Shown here in pieces: positions 18,629 through 27,552 of a stretch of DNA of 64,000 nt. The DNA comes from a bacterium (GTDB lineage Bacteria > Patescibacteriota > Patescibacteriia > UBA9570), in NCBI GenBank assembly GCA_030698395.1, contig JAUYKW010000026.1, positions 12,797 through 76,796 on the forward strand, given 5' to 3'. The translations under genes and the position numbers were made by a program. Every line of letters begins with the position of its first letter. Positions within the stretch are counted from its first letter, which is position 1. The notes under the pieces are model-generated. The model had not been told where the DNA came from, did not search any database, and was given only the letters and a program-made list of their open reading frames with translations.

Positions 18629-19333
18629 ATGGTCTACATGACTAACTCTAAAGATAAAACTAAGCAGAAAGAAAACGCACTGATCAACATTGTGATTAAT
18701 ATTGTAATTCCATCAATTATCTTGATGAAATTTAGTGGCGATCAACAATTGGGTCCGGCTTATGGATTAATTATCGCCCTCTTATTTCCTTTTGGCTATG
18801 GCGTTTATGATTTTATCAAACGAAAAAAATATAATTTTATTTCTATACTAGGAATTATTAGTATATTTCTAACTGGTGGTATAGGATTATTACATTTAGA
18901 TATTAAATGGATTGCAGTAAAAGAAGCTGCTGTACCACTCATTATTGGACTGGCGATTTTATTTTCTACAAGAACAAAGTTTTCTTTTGTAGAAAAACTT
19001 CTAGCTGAAATGTTAGATATGGAAAAAATTAATACCTCACTCAAGCTCCATAAAGCAGAATTTGCTTATAAAAAACGCATGAAAATTGTGAATTATTTAA
19101 TAGTAGGATCCTTCATGCTATCAGCAACACTAAATTATATTCTAGCCAAAGTAATTGTTATTAGCCCTTCCGGTACACCAGAGTTTACTGCAGAACTAGG
19201 AAAATTAACTGCTCTTAGTTACCCGGTAATTGCTCTGCCATCGACCATTGTAATGATAGTAGCATTAGTATATTTGATTACCGGCATCACAAAAATTACT
19301 GATTTGGAAATTGAAGATTTGGTTAGTAAATAA
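18629..19333 (+). CDS. VC0807-like membrane protein
   Basis: NIVIPSIILMK, LTGGIGLL..KWIAVKEAAVP. Confidence 0.7.
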   Translation: MVYMTNSKDKTKQKENALINIVINIVIPSIILMKFSGDQQLGPAYGLIIALLFPFGYGVYDFIKRKKYNFISILGIISIFLTGGIGLLHLDIKWIAVKEAAVPLIIGLAILFSTRTKFSFVEKLLAEMLDMEKINTSLKLHKAEFAYKKRMKIVNYLIVGSFMLSATLNYILAKVIVISPSGTPEFTAELGKLTALSYPVIALPSTIVMIVALVYLITGITKITDLEIEDLVSK

Positions 19334-19353
19334 AAATGATTGTAAATAAATAA

Positions 19354-19381
19354 GTAGAGACATGCCATGGCATGTCTCTAC
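19354..19381. repeat. GTAG-type REP palindrome
   Basis: GTAGAGACATGCCATGGCATGTCTCTAC. Confidence 0.85.
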
Positions 19382-19680
19382 TTATTTTACGTTAGATCTT
19401 TTTAGGTAGCGTAATATTACAATCCTAGAAACACCCTCGCATATCCTACGGCTGTAGGATGTATACCAGCAAAGCCAGTTGCTAATGCTATAGCATCATC
19501 GTTGCCGTTATTATTCACATCTCCACATAAAATTAATGTTCCAAACAAACCATTTGAAATGGAAGATTTTTTATTTGACATTAATTTCGTTTTAAGCGAA
19601 TATTTAGCCACACTTTTTTCGAAATATGCCACCGCTTGTGTGATTCCTGTAAAGGAAACACCTAATGAGAGGACAGAGAG

Positions 19681-20040
19681 GTGATATTTTACAGAACATT
19701 GAGAGTCAGTGAAGCTACGGCTGCTTGGGCATACGGCATGGCCAGGCTCCGAACCCGTAAGCGAGAAACAGTCATCAATCCGAGGGACAACATCAGCACC
19801 TGCACGATCCACCGATCCGGACCGTCTAGTGCCGTCCTGATGCAGATCCCAAGGAGAAGAAACGCAACTCCGGTACGGTACCACCTGCACCTTCGAGTGT
19901 ACTCCCACCGTGGAGAACTGCTGGTGCGGAGTATTCTGGCCGACAGCGCCAGAAGCATTCCGAAAGTGAGGAGGAACAAGACCCGAGAACATCCTGCACC
20001 AATGGATTTCTCGGGTCGTGTTCTTATTTGCTATAATTAA
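19681..20040 (+). CDS. GC-rich islet 4: Arg-rich hypothetical protein (strand and end uncertain)
   Basis: TTGACA at 19575 (weak -10), AGGA before the GTG at 19681, C-ending codons; an antisense ORF 19689-19979 is an alternative. Confidence 0.35.
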   Translation: MIFYRTLRVSEATAAWAYGMARLRTRKRETVINPRDNISTCTIHRSGPSSAVLMQIPRRRNATPVRYHLHLRVYSHRGELLVRSILADSARSIPKVRRNKTREHPAPMDFSGRVLICYN

Positions 20041-20043
20041 GGC

Positions 20044-20694
20044 ATGATATTTAAAAACCGTGTAGACGCCGGAAAAAAATTAGCTACCGCTCTGACTGAT
20101 TATAAAAATCAAAAAGATACTATGGTTGTAGCTCTACCCAGAGGAGGGGTGATATTAGGCTATGAAGTTGCAAATAAATTAAACTGCCCACTAGATATTG
20201 TAGTGCCACGCAAAATAGGTGCACCCGGAAATGAAGAATTCGCAATCGGAGCAATCGCCGAAGATGGAGAAGGTTTTTTTGATGACAACACGATTTACAG
20301 CTCCAACGTATCACAAGAATACATCGATAAAACTGTAAAAACAGAAAAAGTAGAAGCAAATCGTAGACTTGTCACCTACCGAGGAAATCGTCCACCACTA
20401 GACTTAACAGACAAAACAGCAATCATTGTAGATGATGGCATAGCAACTGGATACACCATGCTAGCAGCAATTGAATCTGTAAAAATAAAAAATGCAAAAA
20501 AAATTATTGTAGCTGTACCAGTAACTGCCAAGGATTCTATAGAAACAATTATACCCAAAGTTGATGAAGTTATTTACCTAGATGCCCCAATCTTCTTTGG
20601 TGCAGTTGGTATGTTCTATACCGAGTTTAACCAAACTACAGACGAAGAAGTAATCGCTTTATTGCAAAAAGCTCAAAAGCTCTCTACCACGTAA
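20044..20694 (+). CDS. Phosphoribosyltransferase-family protein
   Basis: ALPRGGV, RKIGAP.NEEFAIGA, IIVDDGIATG. Confidence 0.88.
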   Translation: MIFKNRVDAGKKLATALTDYKNQKDTMVVALPRGGVILGYEVANKLNCPLDIVVPRKIGAPGNEEFAIGAIAEDGEGFFDDNTIYSSNVSQEYIDKTVKTEKVEANRRLVTYRGNRPPLDLTDKTAIIVDDGIATGYTMLAAIESVKIKNAKKIIVAVPVTAKDSIETIIPKVDEVIYLDAPIFFGAVGMFYTEFNQTTDEEVIALLQKAQKLSTT

Positions 20695-20701
20695 TTGCTT
20701 A

Positions 20702-22030
20702 TTACTTTTTTCTTAAATCTTTATACCACCGCCACACTGGCTTATTGGTAAAATCTTCCTGGAGTAATCCAAAATAGGCCTCATAAGCATCTAGATATGT
20801 CCGATCCCGGATAGTATATAGCAGAATAGGGCGAGTGTATTTATATGAACGCAACAATTTAACAGCCTGCTTTGTATATCGTCGTACTAATGTATCATCT
20901 ATGCCATACTCTCCAGTGGAACATCCCATTTCGGTAACCCAAATTTTCTCATTCTTGCGATATGTAGAAACTAATCTATTCAATGCTTCCCAATCCATCT
21001 GCAATCTTCCTAAATCTTCTCCATCGTCTCGAAATTCATCACAGTAATATAAATGTACGTTCAACTCATCGAAATATGGTTTACCTTCTTCGTACATCTG
21101 CTTAATAAAATCCTGATCATTGATATTTGCAATCGCTCCATTTAAAACTATGGCATCTTTATCATATTTCCTAATTACTCTGGATCCAACTTTTAAAATT
21201 GGCTTATATGTTTTCCAATTATTTGGCGTCATATAATCTGGGCTATCTGGTTCGTTCCAGATTTCCCAAACATCAACGTAATTACGATATCTTTTTACAA
21301 CCTTTGTTACATAACGCTGCCATTTTTCTTTTCCGGGAGGATGATGCTCGTTACTCGCTTCACCATATGCTAACATTCCAACTACTCGCATGTTTCTATC
21401 CTTATACTTCAACATTGTTTGATCGTATCTTTTTAACCAAGCACTAGAATCGTCTCCCATGATTAACTTATAACTAAAATGCTCCCGTGCCCATTTTGTA
21501 TTAGAGCTATCAAGCTTACTCGCAAATTGTTCATCGTCATTTGCATTACTTCCCAACGCCCAATGAACATTTAACCCCACAGTTCTCTTGGTAGACTTTT
21601 TTACATGAGGAGTATGATTCAGATATCTTTTTACGCGTTGTTTTTTATAGCTTCCTAAAAAAGGATCAAAAATCTGAATTTTTTTATCTGCGATTACAAC
21701 AGGTTCACCAGTATTCTTTATTACAAGTTCGTATGTTGCATTACGTCGCTCCAACAAAGAATGATCAACAGTAATAGTGATATTCATGCCAGTGGAATTT
21801 CCGGCAATACTTGTAGCTTCAAACGGCCCTAACCAAACTGAAACATCACCACCTAATAAATAATTAAAATTCTCACCATAAATTGCAAAAGTTGAGCTGT
21901 ATGGTTCTGTTTCTATTACAGATATAAAATCTGTAGAATAAGAATCTACCACTGGCAATACTTCCTGCGCCGATGCCATAACAGGTAAAAATATAATGAA
22001 TGATGCTATTGCTAATATAATATTTTTCAT
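20702..22030 (-). CDS. Secreted glycoside hydrolase (GH-A clan), paralog of 9561-11303
   Basis: GLNVH, WAREHF, WEIWNEPD, IWVTEMG. Confidence 0.78.
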   Translation of the reverse strand: MKNIILAIASFIIFLPVMASAQEVLPVVDSYSTDFISVIETEPYSSTFAIYGENFNYLLGGDVSVWLGPFEATSIAGNSTGMNITITVDHSLLERRNATYELVIKNTGEPVVIADKKIQIFDPFLGSYKKQRVKRYLNHTPHVKKSTKRTVGLNVHWALGSNANDDEQFASKLDSSNTKWAREHFSYKLIMGDDSSAWLKRYDQTMLKYKDRNMRVVGMLAYGEASNEHHPPGKEKWQRYVTKVVKRYRNYVDVWEIWNEPDSPDYMTPNNWKTYKPILKVGSRVIRKYDKDAIVLNGAIANINDQDFIKQMYEEGKPYFDELNVHLYYCDEFRDDGEDLGRLQMDWEALNRLVSTYRKNEKIWVTEMGCSTGEYGIDDTLVRRYTKQAVKLLRSYKYTRPILLYTIRDRTYLDAYEAYFGLLQEDFTNKPVWRWYKDLRKK

Positions 22031-22136
22031 GAGTATAACAGTATACCGTTCTTTTAGAGACTAATCAATTGTAATCTCTACAAGGACGGATCGAACATGA
22101 ACATGATAAATTATCAGTGGTTGTACGCCCTGGATC

Positions 22137-22547
22137 CTACTGTTTCATTCCCACCTGGATCGCATCAACCACATCCTGATGCATCAACGGTCCCTCCGCC
22201 AAGCCAGCATACACACCCTTGCAGAACTGAATCTCCAGTTCATGAAGAGCAACTCTCAAAATCAGGCTCAGCTCGTAATCATAGATCTGCGTCAGATCTG
22301 GGAATTGCGGGATACCCCATCGACTATCCAACTTCCCCGAGAATGGATTAGTGCCCGTCAGGTTGATATGATCCGTAATCACCATCAGCCGGTGTGGCTG
22401 AAAGGATGCATTGGTGAGTACCAACACCGAGGCACCCCACAACCGCATGACCCGTACTGCATGCACCACGACGTTCGCGAAATGACCTTCGTACAGATGC
22501 ACTCGACCACTGAGAACGACCACTGCGACATCATATGGCCTAATCAT
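22137..22547 (-). pseudogene. GC-rich islet 5: truncated purine nucleoside phosphorylase (PunA/XapA-type) fragment
   Basis: GRVHLYEG, LTNAS (deleted NAAGG), DHINLTGTNP, FPDL, GVY...GP; N- and C-terminal parts missing; promoter TTGACC-N17-TAATAT at 22624-22596. Confidence 0.75.
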
Positions 22548-22659
22548 TGTCTATCCCATCCTGTATTATTGATGAACATTAAGGTTAGCTCGATAATATT
22601 ATAGAAAAACTTAATTCAGGTCAATTTATTTTCCTAACCAATTCATGTACACTGTATTG

Positions 22660-23229
22660 ATGAGTAAATTTTTAGAAGACCTCCAAGCAGAAGGCCGGTG
22701 GCATCAATGGATGCGCAAATATAAAGATTTGATATTTCAACCTTTTGCCAAATTCTGTGTAGTATTAAAAATTTCGCCTTCAGCTGTTACGATAGCTGGT
22801 TTTATATTGGGAATACTTAGTATCTGGTTACTATTCATTAATTACTGGTACTTTGTGCTAGCTATGTTTTTAAGTTTATTTTTAGATGGCGTTGATGGTG
22901 CATTAGCTAGACACACAAATACAGTATCTAAATTTGGCAAAACTTTCGATTATTACGTTGATACTATATTAATGATCCTCATGTTTAGTGCTTTAACGTT
23001 TTGGTTAGGTGAACCATTATGGATAATTGGCCTTGATATTTATGGATTAGTTTTCTTATCGAACATGATAGCAGGTTCTCCTTTACGACCAGTTCCAGGC
23101 AGAACAGCAATGCTAATTCCTTGCATGTTAGGGTTACCGAAAGTTGGATTATTTCTACTATCTTTGTACGGTATAACTATGGCCATTGCTTTAACAAGGC
23201 ATTTACTAACAAAACAGACAAAAATGTAA
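22660..23229 (+). CDS. CDP-alcohol phosphatidyltransferase
   Basis: DGVDGALAR...SKFGKTFDYYVD motif. Confidence 0.88.
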   Translation: MSKFLEDLQAEGRWHQWMRKYKDLIFQPFAKFCVVLKISPSAVTIAGFILGILSIWLLFINYWYFVLAMFLSLFLDGVDGALARHTNTVSKFGKTFDYYVDTILMILMFSALTFWLGEPLWIIGLDIYGLVFLSNMIAGSPLRPVPGRTAMLIPCMLGLPKVGLFLLSLYGITMAIALTRHLLTKQTKM

Positions 23230-23253
23230 GGACATGCCATGGCGTGTCCTTAC
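23226..23253. repeat. REP-like palindrome overlapping two convergent stop codons
   Basis: GTAAGGACATGCCATGGCGTGTCCTTAC. Confidence 0.8.
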
Positions 23254-23813
23254 ATTTTTTGATAAATAAAGATTTTTTCTTTTTTATGATCAATTCTTTC
23301 TTTTGAAAAATACTTTTCTGCATCCTGTGGTAGTTCAAACATATTGCTTACAATTATACAACCAGGTTTACACTCTTTAATAAACTTTTCTGAAATTTTT
23401 GGCATCAATTTAGGAATCCAAAATCCAACAATTGCATCTGCATCGCTGATTGGATACATAAACATATCACCTTGTTCAATTTTTGGTTTACTTTTTGCTA
23501 ACAAAAATCGCAACCTTGCAATTCGTGCTAAATTAGAACTTATTTCCACTCCAAAAAACTCTGCATCTTTATACTTTTTCCTTAAGCCAGAAATTAAGAC
23601 ACCATCACCACAACCAAGATCAACAATATTTTTTTTATTTTTCAAAACTCCAGACTCAATAATCAAATTAACTACCTTTTGTTGAGTTGGTACAAATGGT
23701 AGGGGCCGATTATATAAAAAAATAATTGGTAGCACTCTCCATATTATTCCTAACAATGCTATTAGCAAAACACATTGTAATACGATATAAATCCAGATTA
23801 TTACGTTTGGCAT
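23250..23813 (-). CDS. Class I SAM-dependent methyltransferase, membrane-anchored
   Basis: PFVPT, VDLGCGDG, GVEIS, KPG..IVSNMF. Confidence 0.85.
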   Translation of the reverse strand: MPNVIIWIYIVLQCVLLIALLGIIWRVLPIIFLYNRPLPFVPTQQKVVNLIIESGVLKNKKNIVDLGCGDGVLISGLRKKYKDAEFFGVEISSNLARIARLRFLLAKSKPKIEQGDMFMYPISDADAIVGFWIPKLMPKISEKFIKECKPGCIIVSNMFELPQDAEKYFSKERIDHKKEKIFIYQKM

Positions 23814-23935
23814 AGTAATAGCATAACATACCTAAAAACATTGACTAGGTAATCCAAAACTAGTAATGTGTTGGGCACGATCTGTACATTTCACCGCCCA
23901 AATATTACAAAAGGGCACAAACCGAGAGGATTCTC

Positions 23936-25111
23936 ATGGGTACCCAGCACGTTAGTCGCAATGTCATCATCGTCGGCGATTCTCCCAACAAGAACGCTGG
24001 CGAACATCATCCCTTCACCATGGTAGACGGAGCCATCTACCACACTGACATGGTCGGCATCGATCCCCGAGCCAGCGCCGTCAACTACGGCCTCGCACGC
24101 ATCTCCGGCTATGGAGCCTGGCGCCGTCCCGAGGACGATACGCACTGGATGTTCCGCCCGGAAGACCACATGACGCGCATTCACCAGAACGCTTTGGCCA
24201 TTCCCGTTCTGGGAGATTTCCCGAGCACAAACATGCTCGTAGACTGGTCCATAACCAGTCTGGGCCTCGGCATCCCTCACCTCACGCGGGCCAAGGACGT
24301 CTACGGACGGACGCTAGTGGTGCAGGGTGGCGTCGCTCTCGGTGTTGGAACCCGCGGTCACGGCCACGTGATCAACTTCACGCGAGACCTGACAGAATAT
24401 GTTCCGGCTGAAGGGCTGGATCTGCTGTTCCCTGGCATGCTCTGTCGCCGACCCAACATTTTCATGGGTCGCCCCTTCGAAAAGGCGGCCGGCAACTACG
24501 ACTTGGCCCACTTCTGGAAAGGCGTCGTTGCCAAGGGACTAGGCTTCAACGAAATTCTGATGCTCAACTGGAACGGCACCGAAATCGCCGAGACCAGTGG
24601 TAGCATCCCGGTAGCCATCGTCCGCCTGTCGGACAAGAAAATTCAGATGCGTGTGCCACGCCTGGAATCCGGCCGACTGAATTCGATCACCACTGACACA
24701 CTCATCTACTTGGCCCATAAGCTGGGCTGGGAAGTAATCGTGAACCAACGCCTGACATTGGATCACCTGATCCATGCGGACGAACTCTGGGTGGCTGGTT
24801 CCTGGAGTGGTCTTGCTAGTGTGAGGAACATTAGCTTGGACCAACGCTGGATGCGTGAAGCACCCATCCTTCCACCTGAGATCTTCAGAGACGGAGTAGG
24901 GCCGGCATACAAAGCGTGGCTGGATGAAAATTTTCAGCCCGTGAATGCTCGCAAACTGGGCTGGACCCCTTCCTTCGCACCTGGTCCACTCGGTACTCAG
25001 CTCCGCGAACTCTACTGGGGCGTGGTGCGCAACCGCCCAGAATTCCGGCGCATCGATCGTCCCAGCAACTGGAATGTCAAGGTGAACCCGATCGTCCCAA
25101 ACACGGAATAA
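23936..25111 (+). CDS. GC-rich islet 6: divergent PLP fold-IV aminotransferase (IlvE-like)
   Basis: FRPEDHMTR, KAAGNY (catalytic Lys), GFNEILML, AETSGS, ADELWVAGS; promoter TTGACT(23841)-N17-TAATGT; SD GAGG. Confidence 0.8.
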   Translation: MGTQHVSRNVIIVGDSPNKNAGEHHPFTMVDGAIYHTDMVGIDPRASAVNYGLARISGYGAWRRPEDDTHWMFRPEDHMTRIHQNALAIPVLGDFPSTNMLVDWSITSLGLGIPHLTRAKDVYGRTLVVQGGVALGVGTRGHGHVINFTRDLTEYVPAEGLDLLFPGMLCRRPNIFMGRPFEKAAGNYDLAHFWKGVVAKGLGFNEILMLNWNGTEIAETSGSIPVAIVRLSDKKIQMRVPRLESGRLNSITTDTLIYLAHKLGWEVIVNQRLTLDHLIHADELWVAGSWSGLASVRNISLDQRWMREAPILPPEIFRDGVGPAYKAWLDENFQPVNARKLGWTPSFAPGPLGTQLRELYWGVVRNRPEFRRIDRPSNWNVKVNPIVPNTE

Positions 25112-25263
25112 AGATCTAGGAGGACACCTGGAGCCACGTACCAATGTACGTAGCAACAGGTGGGGGAAATTGTTATGCATGCATAACGTTTCCCCGCCTC
25201 CCCAATGGTTATTAGCTACTTAATAGCTATCGGTGAGAATCAAAATAACTTAAATAAAAAACA

Positions 25264-25291
25264 GTAGAGACATTCCATGGCATGTCTCTAC
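25264..25291. repeat. GTAG-type REP palindrome
   Basis: GTAGAGACATTCCATGGCATGTCTCTAC. Confidence 0.85.
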
Positions 25292-25330
25292 TGTTTATCA
25301 TGTCCCTACTTTATAAATTTCTCTATCTAA

Positions 25331-26392
25331 TTATTCATTATACTGTGCCGCTCTTGATTCCGGTCTTCTATCTTTATGTGGCATAGCTGCTCTAGCATCT
25401 CTAGGGCTCATAGCATTTGAACCTCTTGAAGTTTTTCTTGATACACCTTTATGTTTTCCTGCTAAATAGGTTTCTAACTTACCAACTGCATCAGCTCTAT
25501 TCTCTGGATCATCTAAATTTCTAGATAGTTGTTCTTTATATCGTAAATCATTTTCAACTGTATCAGTATCATCTATTGGATACCCATTAGCATCCATTTT
25601 TTCTCCAGCTATTGGCACTACTTCACCCGTCAATTCTCCATATGCAGTATTCCAATTTTCTCCAGCAAACTGAAGACTTGCCGCAACTGCATAAGCCTCT
25701 CTTGCAGCTTTAGCTCTTCGTATATTAACTTCAGAATTAGAATCAAGTACAGCTTGGCCAGCTTTCGCTAACTCCTGTCTTAACTGTACAACTGTTTCTG
25801 CTTGAGCTTTTACAAAATTTGCTTGCTCTTCTAAAAGTGAATTCGTTTCAACTGCTTCTGAAGTTCGAACTTCTCGTATTCCACTTGCTGCATTTTCTCG
25901 TACTACATCTTCACTTACTCTACTAGCAAAATCTGATCCTGCTGACTCTGGACTAGCTGATGGACCTGCATCAGTCTCTATTTCATCTTCATTAATTGCT
26001 TCCATAATTCCTTTATCAAGCACTTTCAATTCCCTAACAGCGCCTTGAAATAAAGAATATGCTTCATCCCTAGCCTGCTTTGCAGCAGTAACTGCTTCTT
26101 CATATTGTGTTAAATCCCCACTCCCAGAAAATTTACTTGATTCATCCAAAATAGATTGAGCTACAACTAGATTTTCATTTTCCGCATCATAGCCAGCTTT
26201 CAAGCTATCAATTTTCGTTATTAATGCAGCTCTTTGTTCTCCTGCAGATACTTGTGCCGATTCATCACCATCTCTGGCACCTTGCATCATCACATCTTCT
26301 CTAGATCTACTAACTGGCATTCCAGAATCTCTACGAGGTTCTGCTGGAGTAGTTGGCATTTTTAATCTTGGTTCTCTCTTTGGTTCTCCCAT
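25331..26392 (-). CDS. Helical/coiled-coil hypothetical protein
   Basis: 353-aa ORF with host-like codon usage; promoter TTGACA-N17-TATATT at 26461-26433. Confidence 0.75.
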   Translation of the reverse strand: MGEPKREPRLKMPTTPAEPRRDSGMPVSRSREDVMMQGARDGDESAQVSAGEQRAALITKIDSLKAGYDAENENLVVAQSILDESSKFSGSGDLTQYEEAVTAAKQARDEAYSLFQGAVRELKVLDKGIMEAINEDEIETDAGPSASPESAGSDFASRVSEDVVRENAASGIREVRTSEAVETNSLLEEQANFVKAQAETVVQLRQELAKAGQAVLDSNSEVNIRRAKAAREAYAVAASLQFAGENWNTAYGELTGEVVPIAGEKMDANGYPIDDTDTVENDLRYKEQLSRNLDDPENRADAVGKLETYLAGKHKGVSRKTSRGSNAMSPRDARAAMPHKDRRPESRAAQYNE

Positions 26393-26580
26393 ATGTTTAT
26401 AAATCCAATATTTATCAATAAAATTACTAACAAATATACCCTATAATAGGGCTTTTGTCAATACCTAAAGCATAAATAGATAACTTCCGGCCAATAAGAA
26501 CCATATATGATTCGCATTGGGGGAAGACGGAACCAGCTGTTTGAGAGCGTAATTCCGTCTGCCGTGTCCTCCTCACGGCA

Positions 26581-26952
26581 TCATGCCGACTGTTGGCACG
26601 TGAACACGAAGTGCGTCCTGTCCCATTTCACTTCCAGTCTGGTACCGACCTGAATGTTCAGCTCATCTCGAATCCTGCTGGGAATCGTCAAACGACGCTG
26701 ACCGTCCGTATTTACGGGTTCACCAGCGAAGGCCTGAACTCCGTCCAGAATCCGACCAGCCGGCGTCTGGACCATCTCGATCCACTCGGACATAGGAAAC
26801 ACATGGAGTGAACCATCCCGGAACGAAGTCATGTAGAACGTTTCGTCCGGTCCGTACTCTCCGTACAGTGGATTCATGAAGTGATTGGCAAGCATCAGAC
26901 GACCCTTCTGATCGACTGTCGCAGTTCGGACACCAAAAATATAAACACACAT
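26581..26952 (-). CDS. GC-rich islet 7: MraZ-like tandem AbrB-fold DNA-binding protein
   Basis: FG..TATVDQKGRL and DGQRRLTIPSRIR repeats; GAGGAGG SD; promoter TTGACA-N17-TAATCT at 27078-27050. Confidence 0.7.
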   Translation of the reverse strand: MCVYIFGVRTATVDQKGRLMLANHFMNPLYGEYGPDETFYMTSFRDGSLHVFPMSEWIEMVQTPAGRILDGVQAFAGEPVNTDGQRRLTIPSRIRDELNIQVGTRLEVKWDRTHFVFTCQQSA

Positions 26953-27084
26953 CTTGCACATCCTCCTCTTCTGTTGGGTGCAGAAACTCCCAGGGGACGG
27001 GAGTAGTTCCAAGGGATAGGAACGTCGTTGATGCCACAGTGGCCCCTATAGATTAAAGACCATATACGGCCTTGTCAACACAAA

Positions 27085-27549
27085 TTATTCCTCGATAATG
27101 TCGATTGGAATATCCAAAGATTCCTGCAACTCTTGCAATGGAGAACCAAATAATAATCTAGAAAATTTAGAACGATCTCTTTTTGTAATAATAATTCTAT
27201 TAATATCTTTCTCTTGCGTAATTTTTTTAACTTCTGTAATCAAGGAGCCTGTTTTTAATATTTTTTCTGATGCAACACCGCGTTGTTCTGCTAGCTCTGC
27301 AATTTCCAGCAACATCCTATCTCCCCGTTCAATATATTCATCAGCTAACACCTTAGCTACTACCTGACTAGCAGCTCTATCTAAAAAACTATTTTGTTTA
27401 ATATCGGAAATTGCTTCATTTGTAATAACATCATCTACTACAAATAAAATTATCAACTTTGTTTTATCTTGTTCCGCTAAATCTAAAGCTTGTTTAACTG
27501 TAGCTTTAGATTGTCTTAATGTTGATAATACTAATAAATTCATATTCAC
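27085..27549 (-). CDS. Universal stress protein
   Basis: USP fold pattern, RLLFGS. Confidence 0.8.
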   Translation of the reverse strand: MNMNLLVLSTLRQSKATVKQALDLAEQDKTKLIILFVVDDVITNEAISDIKQNSFLDRAASQVVAKVLADEYIERGDRMLLEIAELAEQRGVASEKILKTGSLITEVKKITQEKDINRIIITKRDRSKFSRLLFGSPLQELQESLDIPIDIIEE

Positions 27550-27552
27550 ATT

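Noticed and set aside
19417-19580. FG-GAP-like GDVNNNGNDD segment at the end of ORF 19417-19992
   Set aside because: Single short motif in an ORF that crosses a composition boundary; at most a gene remnant, too weak to call.
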